Source: Eledone cirrhosa (taxonomy: Eukaryota). Taken from it: a stretch of DNA of 64,000 bases. The translations under genes and the position numbers were made by a program. The notes beneath the pieces are model-generated. The model saw only the letters and a program-made list of their open reading frames with translations. It searched no databases and was not told the DNA's origin. This document shows, in pieces, positions 1 to 13,659 of this stretch; position 1 is the first letter of the stretch; every line of letters begins with the position of its first letter. The stretch covers positions 161,510,001-161,574,000 of the forward strand of contig OZ024743.1 in the NCBI GenBank assembly GCA_964016885.1, written 5' to 3'.

Positions 1-790
1 GTATGCAGGCATCATACAACCTGCCTTTCATTTTTAGGGAGAACCCTTTAGCAGCTAATAGTGGTATAAGCTCTCTGAACTTTTTCAATCCAGTTCTGAC
101 TCCAGCTACTGTACTTTCAGAGCACTCTCCCCCACTGCTGATTTTGTCACCCAGGTAACGGAAGCTGTCCACTATTTCTATAGAACCCTCTGCGCAGTTG
201 AAAGAGCTAGTATTTTGTGGGCACTTGCTGCTACTTATTGCACCAGAGTACCGGCCACATGTAAAATCTATGTTCTTAGTTAGCTTACCTGTGATCCCAC
301 TACATCTCTTATGCACCCATACTTTGCATCTGGGACACAAAATGGAGTTTCTACCTACGCCTCCCCTACACACCGAGCATGGCCACTTCCTGGAAGGGAC
401 CGCCGCCTTATTTTCTTTCTTACAAACTAGAACTTTAGTCTTAGCCAGGTTAGTTTTAAGGCCTTTTGATTCTAGGCCGTGCTTCTATGCTTGGAATTTC
501 TTCTCTAGCTTGGCCATTGATTCAGCTATGAGTGTTAGGTCATATGCGTATAGGAGTTCCCATGGGCAGCCGGTCCCGAACTCCTCTGTTATAGCCTGAA
601 GGGCAATAATAAATAGTAGGGGGCTGAGAACAGAGCCCTGATGGACGCCAACTTTTACGCTAAACTCTTCACTATATTCGTTGTTAATTCTAACCTTACT
701 GACTGTTTCTTTATACATGGCTTGTATAGCTCTCACAAGCCATTCGTCAACACCTAGTTTTCTAAGAGCCCACCAGATAATGGAACGGTG
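1..790 (-). mobile_element. RTE-clade LINE fragment (RT C-terminal half plus PHD-like finger), runs off the window start
   Basis: ORF 485-736(-) GVHQGSVLSPLLF...LLYAYDL; near-identical to 36500-37300(+). Confidence 0.9.
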
Positions 791-830
791 GACTTTATTT
801 ATTTATTTATATTCTCTTAGGTCAGTATTG

Positions 831-901
<71 letters not shown>

Positions 902-995
902 AATAGTGAGATATATGGTTTGTTGATTATTATTCAACAGAATTAATTTTATAACAGATTTGAAGCACTCTACAAGATTTATCTGGAGTATTATT

Positions 996-1244
996 AAAAT
1001 ATCTTTATACTACCATATTCATTTTATTATGCGCACTTCAAGGACACCAAATTTCAGCGTGCTTTCATCAGTGATTTTGAATGTTTACCTCACTGCATAT
1101 AGTGGGCTTATACTATTAAGTTTATGCTAAGTTATGTCAATATCTTAACACCGAATATTATATTTTATCTGATGTAAGCACACTAAAATTTAGTGTCCCC
1201 GAAACACGCATAATAAAATGAATATGGTATTATAAAGATATTTT
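996..1244. repeat. About 76-bp inverted repeat; each arm is a decayed hammerhead/Penelope pLTR-like sequence
   Basis: 996-1071 is the approximate reverse complement of 1169-1244; arms carry CTGATG.A - hairpin - GAA.. motifs. Confidence 0.75.
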
Positions 1245-1496
1245 CCATTTATTAATATTGTTAATTTTATCATCATCATCATTGTTTATCGTCTATCTTC
1301 TACGCTAGCATGAGTTTGTATATATTTATATACATATTGTATATATTTATATACATATTGTATATATTTATATACATATTGTATATTTAATAATATACTA
1401 TATGATTATTTTAAAACATCTTGAAGGCCTATGAATTTAAAGTAGTGACTCAAGTCTCATACCTAGCTTCAGCAAAAACAAGGGGGAATGACTGAT

Positions 1497-1970
1497 GTGT
1501 TTCTCGCTGTTTAAACTCATTAACATACTGAGCAGTTACATTTTGAAGGGCTTTCACTATGAATTTACAGTACTGACTATAGCCACATACCTAGCTTCAC
1601 AAAAAAAAAAACATATATATATAATGACAGTGGTATAAAAGGGGAGAGAGAAAGACAAAAATATAAAAGAAGAATGTGTCTATTCTTTCTGTGGCAAATT
1701 GTCTGATTGCACACAGGAAAACAGACATACACAGTGTTTCTCGCTGTTTAAACTCATTAACATACTGAGCAGTTACATTTTGAAGGGCTTTCACTATGAA
1801 TTTACAGTACTGACTATAGCCACATACCTAGCTTCACAAAAAAAAAAACATATATATATAATGACAGTGGTATAAAAGGGGAGAGAGAAAGACAAAAATA
1901 TAAAAGAAGAATGTGTCTATTCTTTCTGTGGCAAATTGTCTGATAGCACACAGGAAAACAGACATACACA
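1497..1970. repeat. Tandem duplication, two near-identical units of about 237 bp
   Basis: GTGTTTCTCGCTGTTTAAACTC... starts at 1497 and again at 1734. Confidence 0.9.
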
Positions 1971-3501
1971 AATGCACACACACACAATGCCACAACCATC
2001 TGATACGTACATAGAAAAATATTCTTCTTATAACAATCTGATGTCTCTAAAGTTAAGAAAATTTGATGAATTTTTCCATAGTAAGGACATTAAATACTTT
2101 TTGTTAAAAATATAGTTCCTGTTGTCAAAGGGATAAAGCTAAAACGCCCACCAGAGGCCACAAATAAATTGCTACACCCATTTCTGGTGTCCCCTACCAT
2201 ATGAGGGGCCCAAGGCAGTCCCCCCCCCCCATTAAAACTAGTACTGCATATATATATATATATATATATGAAAAATCAAGCTGTAAACTTGTCTTGTACT
2301 TCGCCTTTCTTTATTTCCTCTTCCGATCACTTCTATGCACTAACACACAACTCCTTGTCTTCCTCCTCTTTCAATCTTTTCTATATTTCATCTGTCTGTC
2401 ACCCACCTTATAGATTGTCTCTCTGTTGACTACTGGTCGCTGGTCTCTGTCCATTGAGATATTTTTGCCCATTGCTGTCTTTGACAGCATTTAGCTGTTT
2501 TTAATGGCTTTCCTAGCGATGTGTTTTCTCATTTTTGTAGGTATTCAAATACACTTTCGCTTCATCTCAATCAGAGACACAGAGACATTGTTTTTGTGTA
2601 TATATATATATATATATGTGTGTGTGGAGAAGGGATCATAAAATGATGATGATGTTGATTTAGGTTTGACAAATGCATGAATGAGTACTTAATACCTTAG
2701 TAGAGATTAGTTTTAATGTAACAGGCTACTGATTTGACCTTAATAAATCTATGTATGTATGTGTGAGTGTGTGTGAGTCTCTCTCCCCACTCTCTCTGTG
2801 ACATAAATTTATAAAAATTTGACTGTATGTTGTATGAATTTAAGCATGCATAGTTACATAAGCAAACACCTAACAGCAATCTATATTGTATATCTGATTA
2901 CGTATACTTTTGTCCATGTTATATTATAAAGCCTAATATTTGTACTTTGCTTGTGTGTGTATTACTAAACTGAGTCATACACATAGATCGGTATATATTA
3001 GATATATACACGTGTGTGGGTATACACACAGCTACAGTTTCAAGATTATTATTTAAAAAATGAAAAGCTGCTGAATGTTTTGGTACATGTATATCTGAAC
3101 TTTCTTTTGTATCCACATACACAAGCATCTACACACATACATATACAAGAGATACACCTACACACAGATTGACCTGTCTACACACACAAACACACACGCA
3201 GAGGATTGTATAAACTCCAACTAAAGGACAGTGACATCTTGTTAGACAATATCTTAGTATGTTGTAAAAGAAACATTGAAATGAATAAGAAATAAATAGC
3301 AAGGCGAATGAAAATTTATTGGTCTGCAGCCTGAAGCCAATTATATGCAGTCTTGAATAAGTGTTGTTGTTGATGATGATATTGTTGCTTTTGTTATTGT
3401 TAAACAAACAGATCCATCACATTAATATATCTCCTTTCCTTTTCTTTTTAACATCTTCAGCTACCATTTGTAAGTGAGCTACTTATCATTATCATTACTA
3501 C

Positions 3502-3532
<31 letters not shown>

Positions 3533-4609
3533 TTAGTGTGATGTGCAAACAATTGGCTCTTCATTCAGCTCTCAAGTTATTTTATTAGACATGAACTTAT
3601 CATTGTTGTTCTGTGCTTGGTCATGAAATATTTTCTCCTCATCCAAATATTAATTCCCATTCCTCTTTAAGTTACTGTAATTCTGAACACTAATCGACAA
3701 TATATGCACTTTTATCTACACCTTACCTCCATTTTATTTTTATTAAATATATGTATTTATTTCTTTGCAAATTGTCTTATAAGCACCAAAACTTACATTT
3801 GGTTGATTTTTTTTCTTCTTATATATTCTTAAAAATCATATTTATTATTATTATTATTATCATTATTATTTTGTGTTTGTGTGAGTGTGTGTGTGTGTGT
3901 GTGAGTGTTTACTCATAGAAATACTATGGATTCTTTTGCATTTGTACGACCAATGAGTTTGTCTTCTTTTTAATTATTAAAATATATATTCAGTTCTACA
4001 ATATTTTTCAATTTCCTATGACTGCTCTTTCTTAGGCCCTATCTTGTTTCATTCACTTGTGGCTTTTCCTTTTGTGCTACTGCACCACTACATGTAATTT
4101 CTTTTCCCTATTGCCTGTTGAAACCTTCAAATGGCTGTAACTTTTTCAACAGCCTGTCAATGGTCACATTTGAATTTTACTCAAATCTGAAGGTCAGACT
4201 TAATTTGAAACAATTAACTGACATTAATTATTATCATTATTATTGTTATTATTATTAATTTTCATTTTCATTTTTCTGCGCTATAAATTGGTGTTAATTC
4301 AAATAAACTATTTCAGTAATGTTTAATTCTACAGATTACAATCTCCAAATACTTCTATAAAGATCTTAATTACTTTTTTTTTTTGCTACTTCTTATAATG
4401 TGCGAATTTAAATATTAATTGATTTTTTTTCTAAATCTGTTTAGATTTCATTAATAGGATGTGAAATGCTTCACGTAACAAATTATCTCATTAATGTAAT
4501 TGCTTTTTTGAAATTTTGATCAGATCTCTTCTAAAGAAGGAAGGCATATTGTACTAAAAACAACTATGATTGACTATATCCTCAAACTAAAATTTTAGTA
4601 TTGGATCTC

Positions 4610-7600
4610 ATCATCAACACCATCATTTTTATGTCTGCTTTTCCATACTCGCATGAGTTCTTCACAGCACAGCATCTCTCAACTTGTCGCATTCCTTTGT
4701 CATCTATGCAAGTCTCAGTGACTCAAGATCAGCTCTCACCACCTCTGCTCAGGTCTTCCTTTGTCTACCTCTATTGCAATTTCCTTTCACTGGGATTTCC
4801 TGGCACTTCTTCACCCAGAAATCATCATCCATGTACATCACATGTCCATACCAATGCAGTTTTCTCTCTTGCACACCACTTTGGTGTCCTCTGCAGTCAC
4901 TGCCCATGTTCATTGTATTTCACACACAGGCATCATACAGCTATCCTTTTTTTATGTAGGGAGAAACCTTTTTGTTGTCAACAGTGGGAGTAGCTCTCTA
5001 AACTTTTTTCCATCCTGTCCTTATTCTAGCTATTATGCTCTCAGAGCACCCTTTTCTGCTGCTAATTAGCAGAAGCTAACAAATTTTTCAATGGATCCTT
5101 CATGTGATTGGAAAAGGTTTATATCACTGATGTTCTTCCCATCGCTTATCCCTGTGCATTTTCTACATCCAAAGTCTTCCCTTTCTGTTAGTCTATTTAA
5201 TATCCCTCTACATTACTTATGTATCCAAGATTTACATTATGTACATCATTTGTGGGAGTCGGACTGTGCCAAAGGTGTATACTGTCAGCTCTCCTGTTCA
5301 TTATTTTCATGAGAAGGATTGACATGCACAGCTGGGCTGGAAGAGGTATCATGACTGGCAGGTGTAGGATCAGTTAGCTGAAATTTGCAGACAACATTGT
5401 ATTACTTAACTTATCAGAAGGTGATCTCCAATATGCATTTAATAGGCTTTTTGCCAGTTACCGCATGGCTGAAATGGAAATCAGTGCTGCGGAGACTGAG
5501 CCACTGGTCTTCTTATAAGGAAGCTTTTGCAGTGCTATCTACATGTGAATGGAGTTCCACTGAAGCAGATAGAGAAGTTCAAGTATCTTGGGGCTGTGTT
5601 CTCAAGTGATGGCAAGCAGGAGACTGAATTAAGTGAAAGAATTGCAGTAATGCACCAGCTTCAACATTCAGTAATCAGTAGAAGGGAGGTAGGCATAAAA
5701 GCCAAACTTGCTGTCTTCAATTCAATAACCATGCCAACCCATACATATGGTCATGAATCTTGGATAATGACTGAAAGAATACAAGTGGCCAAAATAGGGT
5801 TCCTCCAAAGCATCTTTGGGTTAACATTACTTGATAGCGTGTGTAGCTCGGAGATCAAAGTCACTCCAGATAGAGCCACTACTTCTCTGAATTAAAAGAT
5901 CACAGCTTTGATATTACAGACATGTAGTTATAATGTCTCAGGAAAGAATTGTTGGACAGATTTTACAGGCAAAACCAACTGGCAGTAGACCCAGGAATAG
6001 ACCCTGAGCAAGATGGATGGATAGCAGTAATGAGCTTCGAAGGTCTTGCTTGTGGATCCAGCAGGATTAATTGGAGTTGGTTGCTTCTGACAGGACCCAT
6101 TTGAAGGAGTGATTGAAGATTCTGCCCCCACGACCCTCTCAGAAATACGTGGGTGAAGAGGAAAACATCATATAGAGTTTATGCCTACTCCTTTTCTACA
6201 TATTGAGCAGGGCCACTTCCCTGAGAGAATCAGGGTCCTATTTTCTTTCCTACTTACTAACACTTTTTATTTCAAATTCTGTTTCCATGGTTGGAATTTA
6301 TTCTCTACTTCTTTTATGAATTCAGCTATAAGGACCAGATCATCCGCATAGAGAAGTTACCATAGACACCCAGTTTTAAACTCCTCTGTTATGGCCTGAA
6401 CAATTATGATGAACAGTAGTAGGCTAAGAACCAAACCTTGATGAACTCCTACCTGTATCTTGAATCCCTCACTAAACTCTCTTATTACTCTCACTTTAAT
6501 AACAGCTCCACTGTACGTGGCTTGCACTGCTCTTACAAGTCATTCTTCTACACCTAATTTTCTTAAGGACCTCTTGATAATAGATCTAAGTACTCTCAAA
6601 GGCCTTTTTTAGATCAACAAAAGCTAAATATATCAGCTTATTGTTGACTAGGAACTTCTTGTGTAATTGCCTCACTAAAAAGAGGACATCTGTAATACTT
6701 TTCCCAGGCATGAAACCGAATTGCATCTCATCTAATTTGACTCTTTCCCTAATTAGCTGTGCTATGATTGAACTGCTGCACCAGTCATTGGGTATGACAC
6801 AGGTTGTATTGCTTGATTGACTATGTGGGTTAGAAGTTTGACTTCTACTTCACCCAATGCTTTTAGCATCTCGACAACTATCTCTGACAATCCTGCACTT
6901 TTACCATTTTTTTATCTCCTTCATTGCTTCTTGGCCCTATAACTATCAATTTCAATAGCTGGTTCTTCTGTTGGGTAAGATGGGGGTAATCGCTCCTCAT
7001 CCCATTCATTCTCTACAGTCATCAGTCTCTAATAGTAACATTTCCAGGCCTCTTTCATTTGAGCATCAGTGGTGCTAAGTGCTCCAGTGTAATTTCTAAC
7101 ACACTTTTCCCCAACAGCATTCTGATTCACACAGACACACTGCCTTACAATGTGGAACACTTCACGTCTGTAAGCCTCACATCACAAGACATTGGCAAAT
7201 TTCCTTTTTTCGGCCTCTCTCATAGCTGTGTAAATCTGTCAACTAGCTTCTCTCTTAGCTACGTGGTACTGGTCCCTGCTACCTCCAGTCCTTCTACTCT
7301 TGGCTTCAATGGATCTATCTACTGTACTGTTCCACCACCAGGTCACCCTCTGTCTGGCTGGTGCTTTGCTCCAGCTACAAGTCTCATCAGTAGTTTCCAA
7401 AAGGTTGTTACACACGAATTTCCTGTTGTCTCATAGAGTCTTTCTAAACCTATATTTAACAGAAAGGTCCTTTAGTTTCCAAACCCTCTGTCTCCATATT
7501 TTTCATCATATCTTGTTCTGTCTTGTGTTTATTGTGATATCGTTAGTAACTAACTTGTGTTGGGTGGCACATTCTTCCCCAGGGAAGACCTTAGCATTTA

Positions 7601-8700
7601 TTACAGTTCATCTATCTCATTGTCTTACAAATAAGAAATCAATTTAGCTTGTGTGTTTGCCTGATTGCTAGGTGATCAGATGGCTGGCTGGTTTCCTGAA
7701 ATGTGTGTTGCAAATGGTTAGCTCATTTGTATCACAGAATTCCTGGAACTTCACTCTCTCTTCATCTCTTGAACCATAACCATAGCTGCCTTGATCTCCA
7801 GTGAATCTGCCTTGTACTGTCCAACATATATCCATTGAAATCACCTACTAAGATGATGAAGTCTTTTTCATTGGTAACGGTGGTTGCACCCCTCCATATC
7901 ACTTCCGGTACACACCATTCATCCACATTTCTCCTCTCTAACAGCTCTAGAATTTTATCTGATTTACCTTTCAGAATGCCAACATTGAGAGTGGCAGTTC
8001 TGAGATGTGTAACTTGACAATGGTTAGTTCCTTGGATAGCAGTTCTTTGTAGCTGGAAGGAAAAGAAAGCTGCACAATTGCTTGATTACGGTTGAGGAGT
8101 TCTCACACATGGCTACCCTATCCATCCAACAACCATGCACAGCACTAACATGACTAGTGATAGTCCTGTATACACAATTAGTGTGAGTCTTATATGTTGT
8201 GCTTTCCATAATTTTGGCATGAGTTTTCTGGCTGAATCCCCTTCCTGTCTCCAACCACTTTACAGTGTGGACTGGGTGCATTATTCATACCACTAACACT
8301 AGAGAGGTTGTCTTTGTGGACTCAATAGTAATCTCCACCCTATATCAATTTTTATTTGAAGCATTTACTCTCCTAAATGGGTTGCCTTCACTGCAGCTTA
8401 CAGAGTCTATGTCTGCCCTGTGCAGTCCATTTTAATCAGAGTCACTGCTTTTCTAAACAGGTTGCTTTCACTACAGCTAACGAAGTCCACATCTTCCTCG
8501 CGTATGCATTTTTATTCAGAGCCACTGTCTTCCTAGAAGTGCTGCCTTCACTATGGCTTATGGTGTCCTCATCTGTCCCAGCCAGTTGTTTTTTCAATAA
8601 GAGTTACTGCCCTACCAAATGAGCTGTGTTCATTATGGCTACTGGGTCCACATCTGCCCCAATGAGTTGTTTATAATTGTTATAATTGGAGTTTTCCCAT
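4610..8700 (-). mobile_element. Degraded near-full-length RTE LINE (APE, RT, PHD-like, thumb, (GAT)n tail), interrupted at 5250-6164
   Basis: Minus-strand remnants: TLNVGILKG near 7970, LLYADDLVL near 6340, GKWPCSICRKGVGINSI near 6200, CKSWIHK near 5230; CAT-repeat tail near 4610. The 5' boundary is approximate. Confidence 0.8.
5250..6164 (+). mobile_element. 3' fragment of a second RTE-like LINE family nested in the first
   Basis: LHVNGVPLKQIEKFKYLG...TYGHESW thumb motif; flanked by ACATCAT at 5243-5249 and 6165-6171. Confidence 0.8.
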
Positions 8701-9149
8701 CATAGATATTTTGTCTTCTCAATGACTTATAAAACTCAATTATTTTACTCAGAGCAACTGCTCTCCTAGATACTTGCCTACACTGGGCAGCAATAGTCTG
8801 CAGAGTAATTATGTAAGGGGATAAGTGTGAAAAGCAATGGACAAGAAGGTGGTGGAAAAAGGAATGCAAGACCATGTCTGACAAACAGTGGGCTGAAAGG
8901 TGGTGGAGAGAGGGAAGAGGTATGCGGTGACATTAGAACAAGAAGCTTCTAAAGTTAACGTCGGCAAAACAAAGGATTAAAAAGTCAGTAGTTTATGAAT
9001 GAGAAATAAATAAATAAAACAAAATGAAATAGTATAGATAGATAGCTCTTAACTGATCTATCTTTTATGGCAGAAACAAGTTGTTGAGTTCTTTTGTTGC
9101 AGCGAAAAACGAAGTATGTTGGTTGTGGTGGTAAGGTGTGTGCTGATAA

Positions 9150-10090
9150 CACTGGTCAGCAACCAAAATGCTTCTGAGACCAGAGTAGGCTTTTCCAACT
9201 AATTTTAGGTCGCTGATAATGAATATCACAGTTAAAACTGTTTGTTAGCTCTACTTTTCAACATACACATGTGTCACAGCAGGCTCCAACAGGCTTGTGG
9301 CAGTGTTTCTTACCACACTCAGTCAGTATTATTCCAACAGTCATAGGAGGTGGTTGTGTTGTACAAGTTTATATATTGAGGTGAAAGGTAGGTGATTTTC
9401 CTAGTCAAACACCTTTTAAACTTATAATAAATATTCATTGAGCAATCTATTGATATGCATGTGAGGCATTTTATATTTATTTTATTTTCCTACTGAATGA
9501 TTTTCTGTAAGAATGGGACAGCCATGCAAGAGGTTTCCACTATATCAGAAGAGCCTGGCCACCTCATCAATCATTGCAGCCTGAGAGGAAAAATGTTCAG
9601 CATCCACCTCCCACTGAACCAAACAAAATGTTGCTACCACCACTACAATTAAACTGAGGCTCATGAATTGGTGGAAAACCTCATCAAGGCTTACAAGAAC
9701 ATAGGATGTAACATGTCGCTTAAAATCCACTTTTTGAAATCCCATTTAGACTTTTTTCCAGCGAATTGTGAGACAGTTAGTGACAAACATGGTAAAAGGT
9801 TTCTCTAGGGCAAATGGAGCACAAAATGCTTGCAAACTATTGCTAGACATGGACAAGAGGTGATTTTTCAGCCCACTACAAGCATCAAGCAAAAAGGCGG
9901 AGAGTAGATACGAACTAAAGCTTAAAACATAATGACCCATATTGTATGTTATAATAAAATAATCAAATATTACATGTCATGTATATTTAAGCATTTATCA
10001 AGGTGATATTGGATTCAGGACATGAAAATCATAAGAATTAAATAATCTCATTTAAGAAGCACACTACTTTTCAAAAAGTGTTGACCAGTG
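9150..10090 (+). mobile_element. Internally deleted Chapaev3-like (CMC) DNA transposon
   Basis: TIRs CACTGGTCAGCA / TGTTGACCAGTG, TAA on both sides, transposase remnant MSLKIHFLKSHLDFFPANCETVSDKHGKRF near 9714-9805. The family assignment is from recalled motifs. Confidence 0.75.
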
Positions 10091-10701
10091 TAATATATAT
10101 AAACAATAGAACACAATAATAAAAGTTAACTTGGACCAGTTCCCCAATAGACTGAACTTTGGGGTAATTCCATGGAGAACCTCACACAAATCCTGGATTA
10201 CTTTGTAGCCTCACAGGTATTGAAAGTGTCCTCTCTCGGTTTCTTTCCTTCTTCTTGCTTAATAAAAAAGCATAATCAGAGTAGGCCCATTCAGCCTCAT
10301 TAATCTCACTGCTCTAATCCATTTTTCATTAAATGCTCTAGAAGACAGCACTTCCCTCACTACCTTCACCCTCTTAATAATAAATTAAACAAAATATTTC
10401 AATCCAAACCCCAGTCAGAGTGAATAAGACATGAAACTTTGCTATGTTTATACAACACAGCACAACACTACATATGGTACAATATTTAAAACATTTTGAC
10501 ATATGGAGTGCTTTTTCTTTGTAAAATTCTCTTCAGCCACTGGAAGTATCGTGCAGCATAACTAGTTTAGTGCCAACTACTCCGACTTTGTTTCCCCACA
10601 ACTTTCTTAATAATACATATATTTTCATAAAATTTTACAGATATGTTTTACAAGAAGTAGTTGAGGATTAATGCCGATGAAATTGTTAAAAAATGAATTG
10701 G

Positions 10702-10970
10702 TGGTTCTCTAGGATAGTTTCCATGATAAGTTAATATAAATAAGGCAGTAACACAATCCAGACCAATCTATTCCAAATTAGGTTTAGGGCTAGGGTTATT
10801 TCAATCAGTTACCTGTAATTAATTGAGACCAGATTGACAGACATACAAACAAAAAACATGAATTAACTCTAACCCTAATTTGGAACACACTAGCTCTGAA
10901 TACACCATTGTCGCCATCTATATTAATTTAGCATGTAAAGGGGGAGGGGACTATTCTGGAGAAGAACCAA
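10702..10970. mobile_element. Degraded MITE-like foldback with TTAGGG-like subterminal repeats
   Basis: TGGTTCTCTAGGATAGT / ACTATTCTGGAGAAGAACCA and TTCCAAATTAGGTTTAGGG / CTCTAACCCTAATTTGGAA form inverted pairs. Confidence 0.55.
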
Positions 10971-11849
10971 AAATTGCTCTAGGAAAGTCTGGAATATTGT
11001 TACAAAACCTTTTCCTTAAGATCTGATCATCCAATATGTTCTCATATATCACATTCAATAATTTCTCAGAATGATTGGATCCCATGCTACTCTTTTATTT
11101 CATTCCTTGACAGAAATGTGGATATTATTTCAGAAGCCTTATTCATTTTATTATCTTTTATTATACTTTGGCAAATAAATTATACTGTTCTATTATACAC
11201 AATTTCATAAATCCTATTAGATCTCTTTTTTCTTAACAGAAATTTAACTCTTGTTTTTATATTGTATATCATTTCCCATGCAGTATTTTTTTGCTTCAAG
11301 GCTATTTTCTTCTTAAGATGAAATATTTTAAGCATGGTTCATTTGTTACATCATTTGTTTAATGTGATCTTACCACTTCACCACCAATATGTTGTTTTGT
11401 AAATCATAGTACTTATAAATCACTTCTAGATGCTTATTTCTTACTGATTTGTCTAAAAAGATATAATTGTTAACTATCTTCCATCACTCTCCTTCCATCA
11501 ATTTCAAAAGCTAGCATTGATGAATTTGTTGGTTTTTGCCAAAATTCATTGTTGTCAGAGCAATGATTTTTTTTTTTTCAACTGAATACTTTTGCAAGTA
11601 ATTTAACTATGGGATAGTTGAGGAACGGAGCTGATGTTAACCAAACTCAGGCTAGCATAGCAATCTGTTTCTTCTTGTGGTTCAGCACAATAATGGCAAC
11701 AAAGTTTTAACTCAAGATTTAGCAATCAGTAATTAAAAACTTAACAGCAACTCAGATTTATATATGTCAACAGTTAAATATGAATTATCAAAAACTGTGT
11801 TTTATCTTTTACCAAAACATCACTTTCTAATGAGTTTCCTGTGAAATAT

Positions 11850-12190
11850 CCCATCTATACTACTAAGGATATTGCATGCAGTGAGTTGTAGGCATGCCAT
11901 ATTGACATGTGGCACTTCTAGGGTATTTCTGACACCTGACGGATCCCATCTCCTCTCCAGGTCTGAATACAGCAGATTTCTTCCAGGGAAAGATAGAAGG
12001 GATGAGAGAATGAAAGTGAGAACGAGATATAGGAGAATCAACCCCAGTACTAGACTGGTACTTTATTGACTTTGAAAGTATGAAAAGCAAAGTTGACATT
12101 GGCGAGATTTGAACTCAGAGAGCAGAGCTGAAAATATTACCGCAAAGCATTCTATTCAATGTTCTAATGATTCTACCAATTCACCTACTA
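11850..12190 (-). mobile_element. tRNA-derived SINE, long-tail variant
   Basis: B box GAGTTCAAATC on the minus strand; body matches 63020-63330(+). Confidence 0.7.
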
Positions 12191-12984
12191 AGGATATTAA
12201 TATATCACAAATCTATGTCATCATTCAAATGGGCTTGTACTCTTAATGATGCCAGGAGTTATGATACTTGCCTGCTCTTTCATTAACAGAATATCTGTAG
12301 GTGCCATACTCTGTTATTTATTCCCTAAAATATGCTAATTCTCATGCTTACTCATGTTCACTGATTCTACTTAGTGATTCTCTCATCACTATTTCAGTGA
12401 GTACAATGACGTCTATACTTTGCTGAAAAGGTCTAATAAAACTGAAACATATGCAGAGCTGTCTCGCATACTTGCTGAAATATTTCAATTAATCATTGAC
12501 TAACATTATTTTTCCTTAGTTTATAATTATTTCATATTAGCTATTTACTGGTAACACTAACTTAACTTTTGTTTTACCTGTGGATTACAACTCAGTAATT
12601 TCTCTCAATAATTTATTCTCTATAAACAAACAAGATTGTGATTAGTGGCCTAAATTTGTTCACATGCTTCCCTACTACACATTTTATAATAGATATACAT
12701 CTCCTAAAAGTGAGATATAAAACTTTTACGGATACTTAAAACCTTTACTCTTGCTAAATTTGTATACATTGCAATTGGAGAATTTTATATGTATATAGTA
12801 TATATGTTTGTGTATATACATATGTATATATATGTGTATTCATATATGTATATATATATGTGAGCATGTGTGTGTGCATATATATATATATATATTAAAC
12901 AAATATTGCTTTGGACATGCATATTTGTCATTCAATAGCCATGGCTTTCCTCTAAGAAATATGAAAAGATGGAATTAACAGAAT

Positions 12985-13092
12985 AATTGTTTCTACTTTA
13001 GGCACAAGACCAGCAATTACCCAGTGCATTACTGGTACTTTATTTTATCGACCCCGTAAGGATGAAAGGCAAAGTCAACCTCGGCGGGATTA
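12985..13092 (-). mobile_element. tRNA-derived SINE, 3' part
   Basis: Near-identical to the 3' part of the 62808-62987 copy. Confidence 0.8.
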
Positions 13093-13551
13093 GAATAATA
13101 TATTCAAATTATAGTCTAGTATCAATAATTGAGATAGTTAATTCATTATGGTTCATTTCAACTGGATGTGAAATGTTTGTTTCATTTTTTTTCTTATCAT
13201 CTATGATTCTTGAGAAAATAAGAATCATTTTGTAAGTCTTATTTCCTGTAAGCTGATTTCTGTTGTTGTCTACAACCCTTGAGCCAAGCATACTTCTCAG
13301 TAAATATCTTAAGCCATTATCAAATGTGAACACACCATTAATATTAATGTCTTCTTATGACCAACTCATATGGCCTTTGCAAAATACCTTTAACTTCAGG
13401 ATATTACCATTTATTAATCATTCCATTCTTAAGTTTCCCAGATTTGTTGGTTGGTCTGTTTGTTATTTGCTATAAATGTTGACCACCATCACTACTACCA
13501 CATATTACACTTATGAAAAATAACTTCTCTTTTCATCCATCGTTTCTACAG

Positions 13552-13659
13552 CCCCCATTTGATGGAGAAGATGAAGAAGAACTGTTCACTTCGATCACAG
13601 ACCACAATGTTTCCTATCCTAAATCTATGTCACGAGAAGCTGTGTCAATTTGTAAAGGA
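13552..13659 (+). CDS. PRKCA: Conventional protein kinase C, internal catalytic-domain exon ([36 protein letters not shown])
   Basis: Polypyrimidine tract and CAG acceptor end at 13551; 108-nt open phase-0 exon; GTAAGT donor at 13660. The peptide matches cPKC alpha/beta/Apl-[27 protein letters not shown]. The symbol denotes the cPKC group, not strict orthology. Confidence 0.95.

Noticed and set aside
9103-9130. AG...GTAAG-bounded 28-nt micro-exon candidate
   Set aside because: Not a multiple of three and no PKC similarity.
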